Positions 20,947-30,656 of a DNA stretch of 64,000 bases are shown piece by piece. The stretch lies in the NCBI GenBank assembly GCA_964388035.1, contig CAYLZE010000006.1, positions 32,001-96,000 of the forward strand. Reading direction: 5' to 3'. Below the pieces are notes generated by a model. That model was not told the origin of the DNA. It made no database searches and worked only from the letters and a program-made list of their open reading frames with translations. The number at the start of each line of letters is the position of its first letter. Positions within the stretch are counted from its first letter, which is position 1. A program made the translations under genes and the position numbers. This DNA comes from an uncultured archaeon (GTDB lineage Archaea > Asgardarchaeota > Lokiarchaeia > Sigyniarchaeales > SOKP01).

Positions 20947-22047
20947 ATGTCATTAGAAAGAAAGAGAATTTGGATAGATATCGAGGAACCTAAAACAGCA
21001 ATAATGTTCCGTTCATTAATTGATAAAATCTCGAAGGAAAAAGCTCGTATCTTAATAACTGCGCGAGATTACGATTCGACTTATCAAATTTTAGATGATT
21101 ATAATCTAGAATATGGAAAAATAGGGAAGTATGGGGGGCCCTCCCTAGAAGATAAATTACAAGCATACATCGAGCGCATATCTCAGCTTTATCCCATTAT
21201 AAAGTCATTTAATCCCAATTATTTCTTAACCTTTTCTTCGGTTGAGGGTGCACGAATCTCTTTTGGATTGAAAATTCCTTCTATTGGATATAATGATGAA
21301 CCCAGGAATGCTGCTGTGTGTAAATTGATTCTCCCACTTTTAGATAAGATATTGGTTCCAAAATGCGTACCCTTTGAAGATTATTTACAATTAGGAGCTA
21401 CCAAAGATAAATTAATACAATATAATGGTATAGATGAAATTGCATGGCTTTGGAACTATTCTCCTGATTCTACTATTCTTAATAAATTTCATCTCAAACC
21501 CAAAAAGTACATTATCTTACGAACTGAACCTTCCACTGCAAGTTATTTTTTAAATTCAATACCTCCCGAAAAAAGTTTAATTACAACCTTTTTTCCAAAG
21601 ATATTTCAAAATTATCCTAATTTTAAGTATTTAATTATCGCGAGAAGCATGCAACAAGAGAATTATTTGAAAAAGGAATTAAAACCCTTTTTGGAAAATG
21701 TTATAATCACCCGTTTTTTACCTAACATGGTTGATTTATGTTATCATGCCGCATTAGTAATTAGTGGAGGGGGGACTATTGTCAGAGAAGCTAGTCTTTT
21801 AAATACTCCTTGTATAGAATTTTTCCAAGGATATACTGCACCTCAAGAAGAATTTCTGATGGAAAATGGATTTCCAATTGAACATGTTAAAGATAGTAAC
21901 TTAATCGTGTCTAGAGCTCTGGAAATTCTTTCAAAATCTGCCAATTCTCACCAGTTTCAAGAGAGCTTTCGAGAGAAAATCAAAAGATTTGAAAATCCAA
22001 ACTTGATTTGTTTTAAAATCCTTAAAAAAGAACTGATAAAAACCTAA
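20947..22047 (+). CDS. DUF354 family (GT-B fold) protein
   Basis: RIWIDI, ITARD, IGKYGG, ISGGGTIVREASLLNTP. Confidence 0.85.
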   Translation: MSLERKRIWIDIEEPKTAIMFRSLIDKISKEKARILITARDYDSTYQILDDYNLEYGKIGKYGGPSLEDKLQAYIERISQLYPIIKSFNPNYFLTFSSVEGARISFGLKIPSIGYNDEPRNAAVCKLILPLLDKILVPKCVPFEDYLQLGATKDKLIQYNGIDEIAWLWNYSPDSTILNKFHLKPKKYIILRTEPSTASYFLNSIPPEKSLITTFFPKIFQNYPNFKYLIIARSMQQENYLKKELKPFLENVIITRFLPNMVDLCYHAALVISGGGTIVREASLLNTPCIEFFQGYTAPQEEFLMENGFPIEHVKDSNLIVSRALEILSKSANSHQFQESFREKIKRFENPNLICFKILKKELIKT

Positions 22048-22057
22048 GACATCCCGG

Positions 22058-23167
22058 TTATTGATTTAAAAAATTAGTATAAACTTGCTCCAATTTTTTC
22101 CCTACTGCTTTCCAAGTATACCGTTTAACAAATTCTTTAGAATTTCTGATGAGATCTTCTCTTTTTTCATCGTTTTTTAATATATTGATTATTCCTTGCG
22201 CTAATTTTCTTGGATCTCTTGGTCTAACAAATACAGCATTATCTTTTAGCACTTCCCTATATGCGAGTAAAGAAGAACATAGCACGGGCGTTCCGCAGGC
22301 AATTGCTTCTATGGGAGTTAATCCAAATCCTTCTCCGGCATGGGAATACGTTACAAATAAATCAGCCATAGAATAATACCAAGGTATTTCCTCTTCCGAA
22401 ACATGACCCAAAAATATGATATCTTTATATTTATTTTTCCAAGAATTATATTTTTTTTCCATGGTAAAATCAGGTAATCCCCCTATTATTAAAGTCACCT
22501 CATCAATCTCTCCTTTCACGATTTGATACGCTTGGATTAAATCTTCTACTCCTTTATATTTTGTAATACGTCCAATATATAATAGAACTTTTCCAGGGAT
22601 ATCCAAAGTTTCTCTTAATTTCTTTGCTTCTTCTGGATAAGGATGAAATTTATCCTCGATAGCTGAATACAAATTATAAATTCGGTCCTCATTTATCTGG
22701 GGATAAAAATACTTTATCTCCTTTTTGATAAAGCTAGAACAAGTAGTAATGAGAGAAGCTTTCTGTATTACATTTTTTATTAAGACTTTTTCAATAGGAA
22801 TTAAGGAAAAGTCCGTTTCCAAGGGTCCGAGGTCATGAATGGTAGAGATAAACTTCGTATTACTTTTAAAAAGAAGAGGTAGGGTACCTTTTGGACCATT
22901 ACAATGGATTATATCAAAGTGATTTGTTTGAATAAATTTTAAAACAGCTTGAATAAATTTGGGAACCCAAAAATAACTTCTTTTGAGGACATTAACTTGA
23001 AGAACATTCTCTTCCAGCAATTTATGAGTCCATAGGGCGGTAATTAACTTTACATCATGACCACGAGAATTTAGATAATTAAAAATACCCCGAAAAAACT
23101 TTGCGCTTCCATCTTGGCTGTCAGGACTAATAGTTAGAGAAACAAGCCCTATTTTCAATTTATCCAT
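22058..23167 (-). CDS. Glycosyltransferase family 4
   Basis: YIGRITKYKG, EGFGLTPIEAIACGTPV, RYTW. Confidence 0.93.
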   Translation of the reverse strand: MDKLKIGLVSLTISPDSQDGSAKFFRGIFNYLNSRGHDVKLITALWTHKLLEENVLQVNVLKRSYFWVPKFIQAVLKFIQTNHFDIIHCNGPKGTLPLLFKSNTKFISTIHDLGPLETDFSLIPIEKVLIKNVIQKASLITTCSSFIKKEIKYFYPQINEDRIYNLYSAIEDKFHPYPEEAKKLRETLDIPGKVLLYIGRITKYKGVEDLIQAYQIVKGEIDEVTLIIGGLPDFTMEKKYNSWKNKYKDIIFLGHVSEEEIPWYYSMADLFVTYSHAGEGFGLTPIEAIACGTPVLCSSLLAYREVLKDNAVFVRPRDPRKLAQGIINILKNDEKREDLIRNSKEFVKRYTWKAVGKKLEQVYTNFLNQ

Positions 23168-23199
23168 GCTATTTGTAATTAAAGTTGTTATTTCTCATC

Positions 23200-24300
23200 T
23201 CATGTAAGTTGCTCATGTCCATCCTTTGTAATAAGGATAGTTTCTTCACTCTGAGAAACATACTCGCCCTTCTTTTCCGCTAAAACGAAATGAGAATTAA
23301 TTTTTCCTTGTTGAAGGAGTTCCTGTAAGCCAAAAGCAACTCCCATTTGAAATTCTTCTGCTAACCATCGTTCTGCAAAAGGCAAGGTTTTATAATTCTC
23401 GTTGATAAATCCTAATATTTTTTTTGAACTTTTTCTCCTTAAGGGAACCCTTCCGGAATATGGATTTAATTCATATATGCTGCATGTATTTGTTCTGTGA
23501 ATCGAGCCCAAGCCGGTAGAAGCAAAGATTTCTACTCCAAAAATGTCTCCTTCCTCCATTAATTCTCCTCCTTGAGAACCTAATTCTGGTAAGGGTTTGT
23601 TTCCATGAACAATCCAACGCTCTATTTGATGTCCCCCTAATTCTTTTATGGGATTATATTTAAATCCCTTGACTATTTCTTCAATTTTTTTTCCAATTTT
23701 TTGAGTATGAGCTCCGGGTTTTGCCATCATTTTTGCGGCTTCAAGAGCAACTTGCGTGGCCTGAATGATGTTTTCTAGACGTTCAGAATTATTTAAATTC
23801 ACCGTAAAAGCAGTATCAACGATCCAACCTTCGATATGAACCCCCAAATCAATTTTAACAACATCTCCTTCCTCTATAGTGAGTTCATCATCTTTTAAAG
23901 GAGAAGTATAATGAGCAGCCACGTTATTTATACTTAAATTAACGGGAAATGCAAAAAAACCCCCCAATTCTCTGATTTTTGCTTCTGTTCGGGTAATAAT
24001 ATCAAGAGCCTTGATTCCTGCTTTAATTTCAGGTTTTATAAATTGTTTTACTTGTTTAGCAATTTCCCCTGCTTTCTTAAGGGATTCTACCTTTAATTTG
24101 ATCTCTTCTTCATTCTCTTTGGCCTCTTTTCCCTCTTTAGATGGTTTCTTAACATCTTGGGATGGTTTTTTGATCATTTCCTGCTTTACAGTTTTCTTTC
24201 CCCTTGCTCCAGATTTTTTCATAGTCTTTGAATCCGACATTTGGGATGGTGCATTCTTCGGTTTCTTCTTTTCTTCTTTTTCCGATTTTTTATCACTCAT
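23200..24300 (-). CDS. map: Methionine aminopeptidase type II with Lys/Glu-rich N-terminal extension
   Basis: AFPVNLSINNVAAHYT, KIDLGVHIEGWIVDTA, GGHQI, EIFAS, TLPFAERW. Confidence 0.95.
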   Translation of the reverse strand: MSDKKSEKEEKKKPKNAPSQMSDSKTMKKSGARGKKTVKQEMIKKPSQDVKKPSKEGKEAKENEEEIKLKVESLKKAGEIAKQVKQFIKPEIKAGIKALDIITRTEAKIRELGGFFAFPVNLSINNVAAHYTSPLKDDELTIEEGDVVKIDLGVHIEGWIVDTAFTVNLNNSERLENIIQATQVALEAAKMMAKPGAHTQKIGKKIEEIVKGFKYNPIKELGGHQIERWIVHGNKPLPELGSQGGELMEEGDIFGVEIFASTGLGSIHRTNTCSIYELNPYSGRVPLRRKSSKKILGFINENYKTLPFAERWLAEEFQMGVAFGLQELLQQGKINSHFVLAEKKGEYVSQSEETILITKDGHEQLT

Positions 24301-24505
24301 TAACTTTTTAAATGAAAAGATTCTTATCTTTTTTTGTTTTTTATCTTATTAATTCAAGGTTATAAAGCTTTATTGAGGTAGTTATTGATTTCCTTTTAAA
24401 AGAAAGGAAAATTTAAAATAAATAGAAGATGAAAAAATATAAAAACATAGAATTTTATCTTTATTTATAAGATCATACTACTCCTTATCATAGTTGATAT
24501 GAACC

Positions 24506-24877
24506 GTGAGTGAAAACATTTCCGAGCTCTTAGAAGCCCTTAAAAATTTAGAAGCAACGAATTCAGATATTCAAGGTAGTGCAATAGTTAGCGTACAAGG
24601 CCTTCCTATTTGTTCCGTTTTGAGCCAAAATAGCAATGAGGGAATCGTATCTGCCATGAGTGCCGCAATTTTGAGTGTGTCTGAAAGAGCTGTTGAGGAA
24701 TTGAAGCGCGGTCAACTTAAAAGGATCTTGATTGAAGGAAATGAAGGTCTAATTATTTTGTCCCGAGCAGGATCCAATGCAATTTTATGCACACTTGCAA
24801 AACCAAATTCTAGTCTAGGTATGGTTTTTATAAACATCCAGAGCATTAGTAAAAAAATTGCTCATTTATTGGACTAA
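24506..24877 (+). CDS. Roadblock/LC7 (MglB-like) protein
   Basis: GSAIVSVQGLPI, SAMSAAILSVSER, ILIEG, SLGMVF. Confidence 0.92.
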   Translation: MSENISELLEALKNLEATNSDIQGSAIVSVQGLPICSVLSQNSNEGIVSAMSAAILSVSERAVEELKRGQLKRILIEGNEGLIILSRAGSNAILCTLAKPNSSLGMVFINIQSISKKIAHLLD

Positions 24878-25026
24878 TTACAGTAGATTTAAATCCCGAA
24901 TTTATAATTAATTGAATTTAGAAATTTATTGTTAATAAATAAGATCTTAAAATATAGATAACAAATTATGGGTTTTGCAATATTGTGGGAACAGAATCAC
25001 TCCTTACGAACATGTAAATCTAAGCA

Positions 25027-26643
25027 ATGCAACTGACAAATAAATTTAATCAAATCCAATCGCGTCTTAAAGAGGAAATTAAGCGGAATTCCCTAAATTT
25101 ACATGCCTTTTTTGACGAATGTAACATTCAAAGTCGGGAAGAGGCAATTCAAATCCAACTCGTGTTAAGGGAAATATTATTAGATTATCTAAATTCCACG
25201 GAATTTGACAAATTTAAAAGTGTTCTGCAATATCTTTCACGGGAGAATGATAAAGGGCTGATGATTTTTGCCGCTCCTTCAAATTTGAATGAATTTGTGG
25301 AGGGGATATTTTATCAAGGGTTATCACGGTATCTTGAATTAAAAGAATTTGAAAGCTTTAAAGAATTAGTATGCATATCTGACAAGGTAAATATATTTTT
25401 AACCACTGAAAAAATACCCGATCGTTTGGAAATTTTATCTAAATTGATTGTCAATTATATCAGAAAACTGAGTGAATCTTATCACACTGAAAGCTTGGGA
25501 GAAATAATTGAATCCATTCGATTTTTTAACCAATTTAATTTATTGACAAGAGATTTTACAGGAGTAGATATAAGTTTTATTGAAGAAACAAAAAGAGATC
25601 ACGTATTTTGCTCGAATTTAAAAGACTTATTCAATACAATTACAGATCCTTTAATATATTATATAAGAATGGATTTGCCAAGAATATTCTATGATTTCTT
25701 TATTAATAATCCTAATCCTTATTTTCCCGAACCTTTAACACTAGTACATTATATTAAGGATATTTTTCTCAATCAATATGCCATTTATGGCCTAAGCGTT
25801 AAAAATTTAGGGAATGTGGTAAAATTTTTAGAAGGGTTTGAAGAATACTTAAAGATTTTTCATCAAAATTCTGAAGGAGCAGATAAACTTATAGAATATT
25901 CTGTAGAACATAAATATAGAACTTATTCAATGTTTAACATGGAATATAAAAACACGGAATATAAAAGACATTTATTGAATCACTTGAATTTAAAGAAAAA
26001 TTTTCAAAAAATAAGGGATGAAGAAAATTACAATTTTTATTGTATATCCATGGTCATTCTTGGAGGACTAGGTCCACAGGGCCATGGATTTACCTATTCA
26101 ACTCCTAAAGGAGAGTTGATAGAAATATGTTCTGATCGAAAAGAACACGAAGCTATAATTATAAAGTACAAGCAATTTTTAAAACAGCAATTTTTAGAGA
26201 AATTAAAAAAAGAATTAATGACTTATAACATTGGACCTTCTACAATCGAGAAAATACTCTCATTTCTCAATGATCTATTAAAAAATAAAGAATTGATAAA
26301 TATTTATAAAAAAGAGCTAATCATCAATCAGCTTCATGATTTTTTATATGAAAACTTCTTGCAAGCAAAAAATAATGAGCAAGATTATGATTCCATAATT
26401 GAGCAAATTTCAAAAACTATTACCATTATATTACGACCAATAAATTTAGTAGATCAATTTAAATGTAGAATGGAGTTAATTGCTCAAAATAAAGTTAAGT
26501 CTGAGGATATTGCAAAATTAACGAGTCTTCGTGGCAAATCGCATTATGATGTATTACGGGAAAGATTTTTTTATCAATATGTTATTTCTTGGTTCTTTCA
26601 ATTATTTAAACAAAGGAGAATGAATATTTTAAATAAATTCTGA
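25027..26643 (+). CDS. Hypothetical protein
   Basis: 538 aa ORF; one conserved-looking block GGLGPQGHGFTYSTPKGELIEICSD; family not recognised. Confidence 0.7.
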   Translation: MQLTNKFNQIQSRLKEEIKRNSLNLHAFFDECNIQSREEAIQIQLVLREILLDYLNSTEFDKFKSVLQYLSRENDKGLMIFAAPSNLNEFVEGIFYQGLSRYLELKEFESFKELVCISDKVNIFLTTEKIPDRLEILSKLIVNYIRKLSESYHTESLGEIIESIRFFNQFNLLTRDFTGVDISFIEETKRDHVFCSNLKDLFNTITDPLIYYIRMDLPRIFYDFFINNPNPYFPEPLTLVHYIKDIFLNQYAIYGLSVKNLGNVVKFLEGFEEYLKIFHQNSEGADKLIEYSVEHKYRTYSMFNMEYKNTEYKRHLLNHLNLKKNFQKIRDEENYNFYCISMVILGGLGPQGHGFTYSTPKGELIEICSDRKEHEAIIIKYKQFLKQQFLEKLKKELMTYNIGPSTIEKILSFLNDLLKNKELINIYKKELIINQLHDFLYENFLQAKNNEQDYDSIIEQISKTITIILRPINLVDQFKCRMELIAQNKVKSEDIAKLTSLRGKSHYDVLRERFFYQYVISWFFQLFKQRRMNILNKF

Positions 26644-26749
26644 ACTTCTTGAAAGGATTTTTTATTTTTTTTTTCCATTCCACTTTGTCTTGAAAATTAT
26701 ATTGAAGCTTTCATTCTACTTATTAAAAATAGATTACTTTAGATTCTCA

Positions 26750-27790
26750 ATGCAATCGAAAAAAAAGTATTATCCTACGGGTAAATTAAGCCACGATGAA
26801 TTAACAAAATTGATTCAAGAATATGTTAAAGATCTTTCTATTAAAGATGAACGTGTGATATTAGGCAGCCAGATTGGTGAAGATGCCGCAGTAATTGATA
26901 TGGGGGATAAATACCTTATCTCAAAAACCGATCCCATTACCTTTGCAACGGATGAAATTGGATATTACGTTGTGAATGTTAATGTGAACGATGTGGTGTG
27001 CATGGGAGCAAAACCAAAATGGTTCCAATCTACCATATTACTTCCAGAAAAAAATACAGATGAATCTTTAATACAGAAAATTTTTAAAGATATACATGAT
27101 ACCTGTTTAAATTATGATATTACGGTTATTGGGGGGCATACGGAAATTACAACAAACCTAAATAGACCCTTGGTAATAGGATGCCTATTAGGAGAGGTAG
27201 AAAAAAAGGATTTAGTAACTACTGCAGGAGCTGAAGTTGGAGATGCTCTGGTGTTAACTAAAGGAATTTTCATAGAAGGGACGTCCATTATTGCAAGAGA
27301 AAAAGAGGATTTATTGAAAAAAAAAGGCTTTCAGCAAGATTTTATCGAGAAATGCAAGAATTTCTTATTTAACCCCGGAATTAGTGTTTATAATGAAGCA
27401 GTTTTAGCCCAGAAGTATTTTAAAATAAAGGCATTTCATGATCCTACCGAAGGGGGAATTGCTTGTGGAATTGCTGAAATGGCAAAAGCATCTCACACGG
27501 GTGTTTTAGTAGATCAAGAAAAGATCAATATTTTACCTGAATCGCAAGAGCTCAGTAAAACCTTCAATTTAAACCCTCTTAATACTATTTCATCTGGATC
27601 TTTATTAATCGCAATTGAAGAAGAGAATCATGACAAACTTATCCGCTTATTGGAAGAAAAAGGCATTTTTGCCAAAAAAATTGGAAATTTCATTCCTGAA
27701 AAAAAGCAATTACTAATAAAAAACCGGGAAGGGAAAATTATTCCAATGATATACTCAGAAATGGATGATATCCTTAAAATTTATAAATAA
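26750..27790 (+). CDS. AIR synthase-related (HypE/ThiL/PurM-like) protein
   Basis: GKL, GEDAAV, TDPITF, NVNDV..MGAKP, GGHTE, HDPTEGG; ATG 26750 preferred over TTG 26690. Confidence 0.88.
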   Translation: MQSKKKYYPTGKLSHDELTKLIQEYVKDLSIKDERVILGSQIGEDAAVIDMGDKYLISKTDPITFATDEIGYYVVNVNVNDVVCMGAKPKWFQSTILLPEKNTDESLIQKIFKDIHDTCLNYDITVIGGHTEITTNLNRPLVIGCLLGEVEKKDLVTTAGAEVGDALVLTKGIFIEGTSIIAREKEDLLKKKGFQQDFIEKCKNFLFNPGISVYNEAVLAQKYFKIKAFHDPTEGGIACGIAEMAKASHTGVLVDQEKINILPESQELSKTFNLNPLNTISSGSLLIAIEEENHDKLIRLLEEKGIFAKKIGNFIPEKKQLLIKNREGKIIPMIYSEMDDILKIYK

Positions 27791-28001
27791 TGGGATGCGA
27801 TAGCACCAATCTTAATAAATACTTGGAATTTTAGTTATCCTTTATATTTTAATGTGATCATGATGAGTGGAAATTAGATGTATGTTTGACGGAAAGAAAT
27901 TAATGAAAAATGTCCTAAAATTTTTATTCTTAAAATTTAATTGTTAATTATATTAAAGTGATGTACATTCTTAATAACATAATTAGATATAAGATTATAA
28001 C

Positions 28002-29924
28002 GTGGTTAATAAGGAACTAAAGCAAGTTATAGACGATTTAATAGAGACGGTTAAGGAAAAACCAGAAAGATTTAGGGAAGAGAAAGAGTTATTTTTAGAA
28101 ATTTTAAAGCAAAAGGGAGATCTATTCAAGTTATTTAAAAAGGAGATTCGTTCGAAATGGCACCAGTTTAATATAAAAAATCATGATAGAGTAATATCAA
28201 AATCTTATACATCCTTTTTTCTACTGAATTTGCATGATTTATACATGCAATATTTACAAAGCTTTTATGGCTTTGATTCTAAATCAATAGAGCTCATCTC
28301 CACGGAAAAAATCTCAGATACAGATTTATACATGGAATATAAATATTTCATATCTTCAGAAGATGAAAAAATTTATAAAGAAGCATTAGAAGGTCTTAAA
28401 GATAAGATATATGGAATATCTTACCCCTTTGGATTATTATTTTTTGCGACATCAATATTTGGAATCATCATTAGAAATCAAATTAAAAAAAACATGTTTA
28501 TAATTTTGGAAGCAACGGTTTTAAAAAAAAAAGAAGAACGAAATTATATTCATTTCTTAATTTTAGTAAGGGATTCCCGTGATGAACAATTTAGAAATTA
28601 TTTTTATAAAGATCTCTACTATTTTCTAAGACCTTTTCGAGGAGTTCCCGAGAAATTTTACGAGAAGTTACTTGTGGGAAGGGAGAGATTATATCAACTG
28701 GCATTAAGAGAATATCCTCTCGCCAAAGAGAAGTTGATTGATTTATTTTATTACTTTTATAAGAAATGCACCCTTCTTCAAAGCATTAGCCCCTTATTGG
28801 ATTTCTTAAACTTTGTATGTGCACGTGTTGAAGATTCCGTATTTTCGAAGATTGAAGTTATTAGAAAGAATTTATTAAACAATCTTAACTATACACCGGA
28901 AGAAAAGAATGCCATTATACGGATATTTAACTTTATTGATAAAGAAAGTACCCTATATAGTACTTTTCAAGCAAATAATTTACCGTCAGAAAAATCTCAA
29001 TTAAATTTATTCTTGCTCTATATGAAATACTATTTTAGTTCAGGACTAGAAAGCTTAGAAGTAGGAGAACTTTTATTCTTTCCTACTATCTTTAAAGAAA
29101 AATTGAATGTAATCAATAAAAATAGAACACATGCTACTCTTGATTCAAATTCTATTAAAAATATTAACAATTTCATGAATTATTTTTCACGATTATCTGA
29201 AAATGAATATGAAGGCAACATTATTTTCTTTAAAATCTTTCATGCTAATGTTTTTAATTTGAATAATGATTTATTAAAAGCCTTCTTAACGAGCTTTAAT
29301 AAGAAAGTTCTAACTCTTATTGATCGAGAAAATGATGAATTATCCGACGTGATTGAAAGTAATAAGTTTACTTTTGAGAGAATTATTGGCGATTTCTGCC
29401 GGATATTATATGTATTGATCGAAAAAATATTCATTAAAACTACTCCTGATGAGGCCTCTAATAATTTCATAGATCCTCGCAGTCGTTATATTGGAAGGAA
29501 TATTGCATTGAGGGTCTTAGAATTATTCTTTTTTCAATCCTTAAATATATCGGATGATCTCTGGCCAGATTACCTCATAAGTTTAAATAGGCAAAATATT
29601 TTAGAAGAATTGAAGGAAAAGGTCTCCATCCCAGAAAAATATTTTTACAATATCAATGAACTGACGAATTTAATGTTATTTCACAGTCTACAGTCTTTTA
29701 TCAAACCCAAATATTTTGAGGACCAACTTATTGATGATGTTATTGTTCCCCTTAATGATTTTCTTTTAAAAATTCATAAGTCTGTCGAAGATCCTTCTAA
29801 TACAATAGAAGTATATGAAAAATTATTAGCTTTTTTTTTGGATGGTACCCCCAATAAGAAGATGATTAAGAGAATGGAATCTGCATGTCAAGTCATGGCT
29901 CCTTTTTGGAAAATCATGGAATAA
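28002..29924 (+). CDS. Hypothetical helical protein
   Basis: 640 aa ORF, no motif recognised. Confidence 0.7.
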   Translation: MVNKELKQVIDDLIETVKEKPERFREEKELFLEILKQKGDLFKLFKKEIRSKWHQFNIKNHDRVISKSYTSFFLLNLHDLYMQYLQSFYGFDSKSIELISTEKISDTDLYMEYKYFISSEDEKIYKEALEGLKDKIYGISYPFGLLFFATSIFGIIIRNQIKKNMFIILEATVLKKKEERNYIHFLILVRDSRDEQFRNYFYKDLYYFLRPFRGVPEKFYEKLLVGRERLYQLALREYPLAKEKLIDLFYYFYKKCTLLQSISPLLDFLNFVCARVEDSVFSKIEVIRKNLLNNLNYTPEEKNAIIRIFNFIDKESTLYSTFQANNLPSEKSQLNLFLLYMKYYFSSGLESLEVGELLFFPTIFKEKLNVINKNRTHATLDSNSIKNINNFMNYFSRLSENEYEGNIIFFKIFHANVFNLNNDLLKAFLTSFNKKVLTLIDRENDELSDVIESNKFTFERIIGDFCRILYVLIEKIFIKTTPDEASNNFIDPRSRYIGRNIALRVLELFFFQSLNISDDLWPDYLISLNRQNILEELKEKVSIPEKYFYNINELTNLMLFHSLQSFIKPKYFEDQLIDDVIVPLNDFLLKIHKSVEDPSNTIEVYEKLLAFFLDGTPNKKMIKRMESACQVMAPFWKIME

Positions 29925-29930
29925 TAATGC

Positions 29931-30437
29931 TTAGGGAAGGTTAAAAATCTTAAGGAATTCTTTAAATTCTTTCTCAATATCAATACAAGACAAATTTCCT
30001 CTTAATTGTATAGGTCCAGTACTTTTATTGCAGATGATACCCGAAATCATTAGAACATTGTCTGTTAATTGTTCATCAACTTGAGATGGATTTTCCACGC
30101 ATAATACCGTAGGATAATTTAAATTTCTAAATCCTTCGGTCACGCACATATCAACTTTAAAAGGAGCTGTTTCCATCCAATTTAATAGGTTTGTAAGGGA
30201 GAGTTCTTTTTTTATGAAAATTGCAGTTTCATTGTAAACGTTTTTTGTGATAGCGAGGAGAGCTCCATTTTCAGAATAGCGAAAAGTATCCTTTCCTTCT
30301 TTATCAATCTGATGTTCATGAATATTTTTAATAATAACTAAGTTATAATCGAAATATAGATCCATTAATTTAATTAAATTAATAATTTGATGTGTTTTAC
30401 CACTTCCCGAATAACCAATGAAACTCAATATTTTCAT
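29931..30437 (-). CDS. mobB: Molybdopterin-guanine dinucleotide biosynthesis protein MobB
   Basis: GYSGSGKT, IDKEGKDTFR, EGFR. Confidence 0.9.
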   Translation of the reverse strand: MKILSFIGYSGSGKTHQIINLIKLMDLYFDYNLVIIKNIHEHQIDKEGKDTFRYSENGALLAITKNVYNETAIFIKKELSLTNLLNWMETAPFKVDMCVTEGFRNLNYPTVLCVENPSQVDEQLTDNVLMISGIICNKSTGPIQLRGNLSCIDIEKEFKEFLKIFNLP

Positions 30438-30656
30438 TTAAACCCCTTTATTTTATGGGTAAATAAAACGATATATTGCAAATGCATTTTTTTTATTTGA
30501 AATTATCTAACTATTAACCGATAGAATTGTAAATAGTCATAATTATTGAAGCTCAATTTAATATAAAATGAAATATGAAACAAATATATATATGACTTGG
30601 TTTTTTTCTTTAAACTTAGTTTATTTAAAAATTTATTTCTAATTTAAAAAAATAAC

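Noticed and set aside
26690-27790. AIR-synthase-like gene as selenophosphate synthetase SelD
   Set aside because: No N-terminal C/U-x-x-K motif; PTGKL, GEDAA and HDPTEGG fit the HypE-related group
27853-27900. ATGATGA as the C box of a C/D sRNA
   Set aside because: No matching CTGA D box or terminal stem found
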